A DNA stretch of 64,000 nucleotides from Thermovibrio sp. (GTDB lineage: Bacteria; Aquificota; Aquificia; Desulfurobacteriales; Desulfurobacteriaceae), in assembly GCA_015490195.1 (NCBI GenBank), contig WFYG01000005.1, positions 1,478 to 65,477 of the forward strand, in the 5' to 3' direction. The first letter of the stretch is position 1, and each line of letters starts with the position of its first letter. Of the stretch, positions 56,365 through 62,986 are shown in pieces. Below the pieces are notes generated by a model. The model was not told the origin of the DNA. It searched no databases and worked only from the letters and a program-made list of their open reading frames with translations. A program made the position numbers and the translations under genes.

Positions 56365-57327
56365 GTGAACAGCTTTTTGGGGAAAAGGTTGAAAGGGTTC
56401 CTGTTTATAACAACACCAGGAACTTCAATTTCCAGAAAAGGGAATGTTCTGATAATTGATATAAAAGAGGAGAGAAAAAGAATTCCAATCGGGATTATCA
56501 AGCATGTTTTTCTATTCGGAAACGTAAACATAACTATTCCTGCGATTAGACTTCTGTCGTCCCGCGGGAAATTTATTTTTCTCCTCAACAGGTACGGCCG
56601 GCTTGTTAGTATAGTTTGCCCTGAATTCTTTGGAAGCGACAACAACCTGAGAGTGGAACAGTATAAGGCCTTTACAGATGGAGAGACAAAAACCAGAATT
56701 ACAAAAGAGCTCTTGAAAAGGAAACTTGAAGTTCTGGAAGTAGTAGTTAACAATTTATACGCATCCCGTGGTTTAAGGGCAGAGAATTTTGAAGATTGGA
56801 AAGACAAAATACTGATATCTCTAAATTCTGCAGATAGTAATCAGAGCCTTTTGGGTATTGATGGAAATATAAGTAAATTTCTTTACGATAAGCTTTCCAA
56901 ATTTAACGAAAGTCCTTTTTCCTTTGAAAAGAGAGATTACTATCCACCTCCTGATCCTGTTAATGCCCTGCTTAGCCTGAGTTTTTCCATTTTCTATTCT
57001 CTAATGCATCCCGTAGTTTTGGCCTTTGGGTTTGATCCCTATTTGGGATTTTTCCACGTAAAGAGAGGAAAACACGCTGCCCTTTGTTCCGACGTTATGG
57101 AAATTGTAAGGCCAAGGCTTGCTGAATTTGTCTTTAACACTCTTAACGATGGTTTCTTTTCTGAAGAAGACTTTTCTACCGATAAATCCGGCTTTTACCT
57201 GAAAAACAAAGCACTTAAAACCTTTTTAAAACTCTATACAGACGTAGTCATTCACGGCAAAGAGAATCTGTTTATTGATTCTGTTTTAGACTTCCTCAGC
57301 TGGCTTAAAAAGGAAGTTAAAAGATGA
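56365..57327 (+). CDS. cas1: CRISPR-associated endonuclease Cas1 (module 1)
   Basis: YYPPPDPVNALLSLSFSIFYSL...GFDPYLGFFHVKRGKHAALCSDVMEIVRP is the canonical Cas1 C-terminal catalytic domain. The start is uncertain (the GTG at 56365 or a TTG roughly 20-25 nt downstream). Confidence 0.9.
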   Translation: MNSFLGKRLKGFLFITTPGTSISRKGNVLIIDIKEERKRIPIGIIKHVFLFGNVNITIPAIRLLSSRGKFIFLLNRYGRLVSIVCPEFFGSDNNLRVEQYKAFTDGETKTRITKELLKRKLEVLEVVVNNLYASRGLRAENFEDWKDKILISLNSADSNQSLLGIDGNISKFLYDKLSKFNESPFSFEKRDYYPPPDPVNALLSLSFSIFYSLMHPVVLAFGFDPYLGFFHVKRGKHAALCSDVMEIVRPRLAEFVFNTLNDGFFSEEDFSTDKSGFYLKNKALKTFLKLYTDVVIHGKENLFIDSVLDFLSWLKKEVKR

Positions 57328-57602
57328 GGTATTTGGTAACTTACGATATCTGCGACGATAACAGACGAGAAAAAGTGATAAAACTTCTAAACGATTGTGG
57401 TAAAAGAGTTCAGTTCAGCTGTTTTGAAATAGATATTTCCTCTCAGGAGCTGGAATCTCTGCTTTCCCGACTAAGTAAGATCATAGATAAAGACGAAGAC
57501 AAAATTTACATTTTTCCTTTATCAAAGTTTGCTGTTCCATTTGTGAGAAAGTTAGGAAAGAGAGATACTGAAGGTAATAGTAGTTTGAGTTTGATATTAT
57601 GA
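57324..57602 (+). CDS. cas2: CRISPR-associated endoribonuclease Cas2 (module 1, first copy)
   Basis: MRYLVTYDICDDNRREKVIKLLNDCGKRVQFSCFEIDIS....KIYIFPLS matches Cas2. An ATGA overlap with the cas1 stop links the two genes. Confidence 0.85.
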   Translation: MRYLVTYDICDDNRREKVIKLLNDCGKRVQFSCFEIDISSQELESLLSRLSKIIDKDEDKIYIFPLSKFAVPFVRKLGKRDTEGNSSLSLIL

Positions 57603-57917
57603 GTTTACCAAAGCGAATTAACAGATTTGTTGTTATTTACGATATTTGTGTTCTTGATGATTCCTACGAGGAGCGTAGAAGTTCTGCTAAGAGAAGAGCA
57701 AAAGTTATGAGAGTTTTATATGACTATGGAATAAGAACACAATATAGTGTCTTTGAGATTGAACTAAGAGGCAAGCAGTATTCTGATAACCAGGATAAAG
57801 CAAATAATAAGAGAAACTTCGGATAAGGTTTACATATATCCCCTTGATAGCAGAAGCGTTAAGAAAACTGTAAGATTAGGAAAAACTGCAGAAATAATTT
57901 TAGATTTCTTCCTTTGA
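57599..57917 (+). pseudogene. cas2: Second Cas2-like gene of module 1, interrupted by a frameshift near 57767-57775
   Basis: Frame 1 reads RFVVIYDICVLDD...RVLYDYGIRTQYSVFEIELRG and then runs out of frame to a stop at 57826. The +1 frame continues ASSILITRIKQIIRETSDKVYIYPLDSRSVKKTVRLGK..* (stop at 57915-57917), collinear with the second Cas2 domain of 61583..62218. Confidence 0.6.
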
Positions 57918-58140
57918 GGAAATTGTGTATAATATATGCGAATGCACTTGGTCTTTGAAAGTTGAATAGGAGTTGTAGCAAGGGCTTTTATGGTATTCTA
58001 AAACACCAATATTTAAACTTGTGATTCTCAAGGCTTTAGAAACTGTATTGAGGAAAACCTTGTAACGCAGGGTATTTTAGTTTTATATATAAATCTCAAG
58101 TTTTGAGAGACTTGTATTTCAATGAATTTATTTTTTCGCT

Positions 58141-58334
58141 GTTGAAATGCCCTAAAAAGTGGAAGGGATTGCGACCATAAGGGCTTTAGCTCTTTTCAGC
58201 TCCGCCTCCAATTTCTCTATCGTTGAAATGCCCTAAAAAGTGGAAGGGATTGCGACGCAACTTCTCCTAAGTTTCTTGCCGCTCCTGTGTTAAAGTCAAG
58301 TTGAAATGCCCTAAAAAGTGGAAGGGATTGTGGC
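58141..58334 (+). CRISPR. CRISPR mini-array 1: three 35-nt repeats and two spacers (46 and 43 nt)
   Basis: GTTGAAATGCCCTAAAAAGTGGAAGGGATTGCGAC occurs at 58141-58175 and 58222-58256. The terminal repeat at 58300-58334 is degenerate at its 3' end (..GATTGTGGC). An AT-rich leader lies upstream. Confidence 0.85.
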
Positions 58335-58525
58335 AAATAGAGTTTTACTTTTGCTCTGTTAAGAGTTTTTTGATATAGGTTTAGATTTTATTGGATTTCC
58401 TTTTCCAGTTTTGGCAGGTGTTTTAATTTGTTTCCCGGCTAATACTTCCGTATTCATATATGGGGAAATTGTTGAAAGCAGTAATCTTCCACCGGGATAT
58501 GTTTAGATGTTTCTGATTTGATTCT

Positions 58526-58873
58526 TTAAAATTGTTCTATACTTTTCTTTAACTTATGTATTTCTTTTTCCAGATTGTCCAGCTCTTTTTCCAATATGAC
58601 CCAGATTATGTTAACATCAATATCAAAATACTTATGAGCTGTTATGTCTCTAAATCCGGCAATTTTTCACCAGGGGATAGAGGGATATTCTTCTTTTATC
58701 CATTCGGGGATATGTTTAACAGCTTCTCCTATGTTCTGAAGTGCATATATAACTGCATATTGGGTTTTTGTGTCTTCAAGAAAATCTTTATAGCTATATC
58801 CTTTGATAAATTCCCAGATTAAGGAGATTTTGTATAGAATATCGTCTATGTAGTGAGTTCATTCTCTATGCAT
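58526..58873 (-). pseudogene. DUF86/HEPN toxin gene with two in-frame TGA codons
   Basis: MHRE*THYIDDILYKISLIWEFIKGYSYKDFLEDTKTQYAVIYALQNIGEAVKHIPEWIKEEYPSIPW*KIAGFRDITAHKYFDIDVNIIWVILEKELDNLEKEIHKLKKSIEQF is the DUF86 pattern with the RDITAH Rx4H motif. The TGA codons are at 58861-58859 and 58669-58667. The ATG overlaps the MNT stop (ATGCATAG). Confidence 0.65.
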
Positions 58874-59177
58874 AAATTACCTCTTTCAGTATTAATATTC
58901 CTACTTTCCCTTTAAGGGTTTTTTTGGATACAAGGTCAACTTTCCTGCCAAAAATGTCTTCAAGGAATACTTTGAGGCCAAGAAAATCAAGGTTTTCAAG
59001 ATTGTTTATGTCGTAATCAATTAGTATGTCTATGTCGCTATCTGGTCTCTGTTCGTTCCTTACAACAGAGCCGAAGATTCCTATTTCTTTTATCCCAAAC
59101 TCTCTTTGAAGATAAGGTTTAAGTTCTCTGAGTTTCTGGAGGACTTCCTCTTTGCTTATTTTTGTTAACTGTGCCAT
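58866..59177 (-). CDS. Minimal nucleotidyltransferase (MNT-type antitoxin partner of HEPN)
   Basis: GIFGSVVRNEQRPDSDIDILIDY is the GS..(n)DxD nucleotidyltransferase motif; 103 aa. Confidence 0.8.
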   Translation of the reverse strand: MAQLTKISKEEVLQKLRELKPYLQREFGIKEIGIFGSVVRNEQRPDSDIDILIDYDINNLENLDFLGLKVFLEDIFGRKVDLVSKKTLKGKVGILILKEVIYA

Positions 59178-59265
59178 TTTTCTTTGCTCCCATTCAGTGT
59201 TGAGAGTTATCTTGCTTAATTAATCTATGGAGCTCCCTGGAATACAATCAAGTTTGTAAGGGCTT

Positions 59266-60270
59266 CTATCTGAACGGAATTCTGGCAGGTTTTCTGGAGG
59301 AGAGTGCTTTTTGGAGCTCCTCCGGAAAGAGCCTGTATGTTTTTATTACGTTTATCACTTCCCGTGCGCCCCGCTGTAGAACTCCTTTCTCTTTAAAGTA
59401 GAGGTAGAGTGTTTCCAACTGGTCTTCTGTGAGCTTGAAACCGGATTCGTAGAGAGCTCTCTCCATTATCACTAAAAACTCCTCTCTTGTAAGGGGAAAG
59501 AATGGAACAACTGTCTGAACCCTGCCCAGGAATTCTGGCGGAAACTTTCCCTCAAGGAGCCTCTTTGTCTCTAAAAGAGCTTCAACCGGAGAGAGTTTAG
59601 AGAGTTCTCTAACCTCTTCCCTTAATGCATTTGAGGTTAGAACTATTACTGAGTTGTACATCGGCAGGAGCTCCCCCGTTGTTGCAAACTGAATGACTCC
59701 CTCGTCCATAACCGAAAGGAAGGCCGTTCTAAAGTCCGGATGTGCCTTTTCAAATTCGTCTAAAAGGAGCAGGAGATTTCCTCTGCTCTCTGCAACTTTT
59801 TGAATTAGAGGGGGAACGGAGTCTGAACCGATGTAGCCCCGGGGAGCTCCAAAGTAGCTTGAAACCTCATACCTATCCTGAATCCTCTCGCAGTTGATTC
59901 TGAAGAACTGATAGCCGGCAGTTGAGAGCGTTCTTCCGAGAACTTTTACAGATTCCGTTTTCCCCGTTCCAGTTTCTCCTACAAAGAGCATAACTAACGG
60001 CTTAGTTTTAAAAGGCCTTGCTAAAAACTCCCCAACCGTTCTGCTTATAATTCTTTTTGCGGTCTCCTGACCAACTATGTAGTAGTTTAAATCGCTATAA
60101 ATTACCCGTGTGTTCTTTTCTGCAAGTTTAACAGCCCTTTTCTCCATCTTTTTCCGTTTTCTCCTCTCCAAAAACCTTGATAGGAATCCAAACTTTGGTG
60201 GAAAAGCTATGAAGAGAAGAATAAGTAAAAGAGCACTGTAAAGAACAATGTCTTCCAAGCTCAACTTCAC
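59266..60270 (-). CDS. Membrane-anchored single-module AAA+ ATPase of the Clp/Hsp100 D2 type
   Basis: An N-terminal TM helix (IVLYSALLLILLFIAFPP) is followed by VGQETAKRII, Walker A FVGETGTGKTE, Walker B LLLLDEFEKAHP, VLTSN, and a D2-small-domain-like FLGRVQTVVPFFPLTREEF. Confidence 0.72.
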   Translation of the reverse strand: MKLSLEDIVLYSALLLILLFIAFPPKFGFLSRFLERRKRKKMEKRAVKLAEKNTRVIYSDLNYYIVGQETAKRIISRTVGEFLARPFKTKPLVMLFVGETGTGKTESVKVLGRTLSTAGYQFFRINCERIQDRYEVSSYFGAPRGYIGSDSVPPLIQKVAESRGNLLLLLDEFEKAHPDFRTAFLSVMDEGVIQFATTGELLPMYNSVIVLTSNALREEVRELSKLSPVEALLETKRLLEGKFPPEFLGRVQTVVPFFPLTREEFLVIMERALYESGFKLTEDQLETLYLYFKEKGVLQRGAREVINVIKTYRLFPEELQKALSSRKPARIPFR

Positions 60271-60482
60271 CTCCAGTGAACGGCTCCTACTGCTGTTATT
60301 GAAGAAGGGAGCTCCCTCTCTCCGTGAAGAGCCGAGGCCGTTGGCCCTGAGCCGGAGAGAGGTTTTCCGTGGACTGATGCCACGGCTTTTGTTTTTGTTC
60401 TTCTGTGAAGGCTTTCGGCCTCTTTTCCCTTAAAGGTTAAGAGAGCTCTGTGGATAGCGGCAGCTTTAAAGAGGTTCATCAC
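60267..60482 (-). CDS. Hypothetical 71-aa protein, translationally coupled to the AAA+ ATPase
   Basis: It overlaps the ATPase start through GTGA. It is itself preceded by a 25-aa mini-ORF (60479-60556, strong GGAGGGAG SD). It contains no recognisable motif. Confidence 0.3.
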   Translation of the reverse strand: MMNLFKAAAIHRALLTFKGKEAESLHRRTKTKAVASVHGKPLSGSGPTASALHGERELPSSITAVGAVHWR

Positions 60483-60644
60483 TCTCCTCCTTTTTGTTTA
60501 GTAGTCTTTCCTTCCACCGGCTCCGAAGAGCAGCAGAAAGAGAATCAGCCACTTCATCTTCTCCCTCCTTTTTGCTTTCTCACTACTTAAAAACGGGAAA
60601 AGGCTGGTTTTTCTGACAGGTTTTTCTAAAGGTCTGAAATCTCT

Positions 60645-61586
60645 GTGTTTTTCCGTTTTATAGAATTGACAAAAAGAGTTGGGGAAAAGGGGTTGAGAAG
60701 ACCGATATACGTTGCAACTTACGGAGCTGAAGTAGGCAAATCTGGAAATTCCTTAACTGTTAAAACAGAAGAGGGGATAAAGAGAATTCCTTTAGGGGTT
60801 ATAGAGTATTTAGTTCTCTTTCCGGGAGTTGAGATTACAGTTCCTGCACTCAGGTTCCTCTCAAGCCATAAAAGGCCGGTTTTCCTCGTTAATCAGTTTG
60901 GAAAAGTCTCATCTGTTGTTCTGCCCGAGGTTGTAGGGAGCTCCACCGCCACTTTAAGAGCAAAACAGTATGAAAAGTTTGCAGATGCCGAATTTTCGGT
61001 GAATATGATAAGGGAGCTCCTTAACCTCAAACTCTCAAAACTTGAAGAAATAACGGGTTCTTCTTACCCTGAAATCAGAAAAAAGATAAAGTCTGCCAAA
61101 AAACCTGAAGTTCTTTTAGGAATAGACGGCAGATTAGGGAAAATCCTCTACGACTTCATTTCAAGGAAAAACAGAAGCCCTTTCCCGTTTAAAGGGAGAG
61201 AATACTACCCGCCGCCAGATCCGATAAACGCCGTTTTAAGCCTTACATTTACAGTTTTCTACTCACTTTTGACGGCGGCAGTCATTTCCACCGGGTTAGA
61301 CCCTTATTTAGGCTTTTTCCACATCCGTCGGGGAGTCCACGCCGCCCTCTCGTCAGACATCATAGAGCCCATAAGACCACAAATAGCCGACTTCGTTATA
61401 GAACTATTTAACAGCGGATTTTTTGAAGAAAAAGACTTCCTGCAAACCACAAAAGGCGTAAAAGTTGAAAGTTCTAAACTTAAATCTTTACTGAGATTAA
61501 TTGTTAACTTTGAAATAGACAGAAAAATATCTGAAACTTCTCTGGAATTCTTGCAGTTCCTAAAAGATTCTCTGAGGAAGCCGTGA
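60645..61586 (+). CDS. cas1: CRISPR-associated endonuclease Cas1 (module 2)
   Basis: YYPPPDPINAVLSLTFTVFYSL...GLDPYLGFFHIRRGVHAALSSDIIEPIRP is collinear with the module 1 Cas1. The start is uncertain (the GTG at 60645 or the TTG at 60695). Confidence 0.9.
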   Translation: MFFRFIELTKRVGEKGLRRPIYVATYGAEVGKSGNSLTVKTEEGIKRIPLGVIEYLVLFPGVEITVPALRFLSSHKRPVFLVNQFGKVSSVVLPEVVGSSTATLRAKQYEKFADAEFSVNMIRELLNLKLSKLEEITGSSYPEIRKKIKSAKKPEVLLGIDGRLGKILYDFISRKNRSPFPFKGREYYPPPDPINAVLSLTFTVFYSLLTAAVISTGLDPYLGFFHIRRGVHAALSSDIIEPIRPQIADFVIELFNSGFFEEKDFLQTTKGVKVESSKLKSLLRLIVNFEIDRKISETSLEFLQFLKDSLRKP

Positions 61587-62218
61587 ACTTTGTTATTACT
61601 TACGACATAGAAGACGACAGAAGAAGACTTGAAGTTGCTGAATATTTACTAAGATACGGAGAGCGTGTCCAATACAGCTGTTTTGAGGTTTCCATTTTTC
61701 CTGAAACTCTTGTTGAACTTGTGTCATTTAACCTGAGAAGATTGGCTGTTGGAGAGTTTGACAGGGTTTTTCTTTATCCAATCAGTAAATTTTCAGGAAA
61801 ATATATTATCCGATTTTCCCTTGGTATTAGGGATGCCGAAAAAAGTTTTAAGGAGCTATTAGAACTCTTCTTTAACCAAAAATCCAGACTTCTCCGGTTT
61901 AAATACCTGAGCTTAATAGAAGATGATTTGGATTTGCAGATAAAAATCGGCAGATTCAAGAAATACCTGATTATTTACGATTTGGAAGATGGCTATGTAA
62001 GGAACCGATTTTCTAAGTTTTTATCTCAGTTCGGCTTCAGAGCTCAGTTAAGTGTTTTTGAAATAGAGGCTGTTCCATCGGCTTTAACCAGAATAATTCT
62101 TGAAGCCAGAAAGGTTTCCCGCTACGGAAAAGTTTATATTTACCCTTTAGACGAAAGGAGTTATAAGAGAATAATTCGGATTGGTAAACCTTATTCGCCT
62201 ATTGACGGAATCATCTGA
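61583..62218 (+). CDS. cas2: Tandem Cas2-Cas2 fusion protein (two Cas2 domains in one 211-aa polypeptide)
   Basis: Domain 1 (aa 1-85) reads FVITYDIEDDRRRLEVAEYLLRYGERVQYSCFEVSIF...RVFLYPIS. Domain 2 (aa 126-211) reads KKYLIIYDLEDGYVRNRFSKFLSQFGFRAQLSVFEIEAV...GKVYIYPLDE. An ATGA-type overlap links it to cas1. Confidence 0.8.
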   Translation: MNFVITYDIEDDRRRLEVAEYLLRYGERVQYSCFEVSIFPETLVELVSFNLRRLAVGEFDRVFLYPISKFSGKYIIRFSLGIRDAEKSFKELLELFFNQKSRLLRFKYLSLIEDDLDLQIKIGRFKKYLIIYDLEDGYVRNRFSKFLSQFGFRAQLSVFEIEAVPSALTRIILEARKVSRYGKVYIYPLDERSYKRIIRIGKPYSPIDGII

Positions 62219-62379
62219 TTTTTGGTAAACTATTCTTGGTAGAGTTCCTTGAAAACTGAATAGGGAATCCCTTTAAAAGGGCAAATCTGCCGAGAATGTA
62301 AAAGCCCTTGAAACACAAGGGTATTACTTTTCGGTTAAAAATGAATACCAGTTATTTCAAAGGTTTACGATAGGTGACT

Positions 62380-62488
62380 GTTGAAATGCCCTGAAAAAGT
62401 GAAGGGATTGCGACTATGATTCTTTTAGATACTCTGTTATTTCATTTACTTTTGTTGAAATGCCCTGAAAAAGTGAAGGGATTGCAGT
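62380..62488 (+). CRISPR. CRISPR mini-array 2: two 35-nt repeats and one 39-nt spacer
   Basis: GTTGAAATGCCCTGAAAAAGTGAAGGGATTGCGAC lies at 62380-62414. The second repeat at 62454-62488 is degenerate at its 3' end (..GATTGCAGT). The repeat is a close variant of the array 1 repeat. Confidence 0.7.
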
Positions 62489-62663
62489 TAGAATCAGAAA
62501 TCATCAGTTTCGAAGCTTAAGAGGAATATTTGAGCTTACAAGAGAAGAAAGACATCTGAGTAAGAGATTTCCAGACGAGAGAGAGATGATTACGACCCTG
62601 TAAAAGTTCCAAAAGGGAAGGTAGAGAAATATATTCAACTTATAGAACGGCTAATAAAAGAAG

Positions 62664-62933
62664 TTGAAAGATATGCTGAAAGAAATTACAAAGATTGACC
62701 TACTGAAAGAGGTTCAGGAATGTATTAACAAGGATAAAGAACTAAAGGGTCATATAAAGCTTGATCTGATAGATTTAGATACAGGAGCAGATTTTAACTT
62801 CTTGATACTTTCAGATAAACCGTTCAGTTGGAATATCTGGGATAAGGTTCAAGAAGTTGTTTATAACTGCTTGGAGCAATACGATCCTTATATTACTTTA
62901 CACTTTGAATGGGAATATATATCTGAAAAATAA
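62664..62933 (+). CDS. Hypothetical 89-aa protein
   Basis: The ORF is intact (TTG at 62664 or ATG at 62673) but I recognise no motif. The upstream 62490-62660 holds only start-less ORF fragments. Confidence 0.3.
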   Translation: MKDMLKEITKIDLLKEVQECINKDKELKGHIKLDLIDLDTGADFNFLILSDKPFSWNIWDKVQEVVYNCLEQYDPYITLHFEWEYISEK

Positions 62934-62986
62934 GTTTTATCTGAATTAAAAAAACAAGAAAAATTGGGATTTTAGTAGAAAATGCC

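Noticed and set aside
56178-56807. 209-aa minus-strand ORF spanning the thioesterase 3' end and the cas1 5' end
   Set aside because: It is antisense to two well-supported genes, has a low-complexity Ser/Phe/Leu-rich translation, and has no SD.
58556-58822. 88-aa plus-strand ORF
   Set aside because: It is antisense to the clearly recognisable DUF86/HEPN reading frame, and its product is Phe/Ile-rich with no motif.
62490-62663. Start-less open frame (..EISRRERDDYDPVKVPKGKVEKYIQLIERLIKEVERYAERNYKD*) just downstream of array 2
   Set aside because: It has no ATG, GTG or TTG in frame and no recognisable domain. It is possibly a gene remnant, so I did not report it as a feature.
62655-62680. GTTGAAAGATATGCTGAAAG resembles the start of the CRISPR repeat (GTTGAAATGCC...), suggesting a possible third, decayed repeat of array 2
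   Set aside because: Only the first 7 to 8 nt match. The conserved GAAGGGATTGCGAC 3' half is absent, and the spacing from the last repeat (about 170 nt) does not fit.
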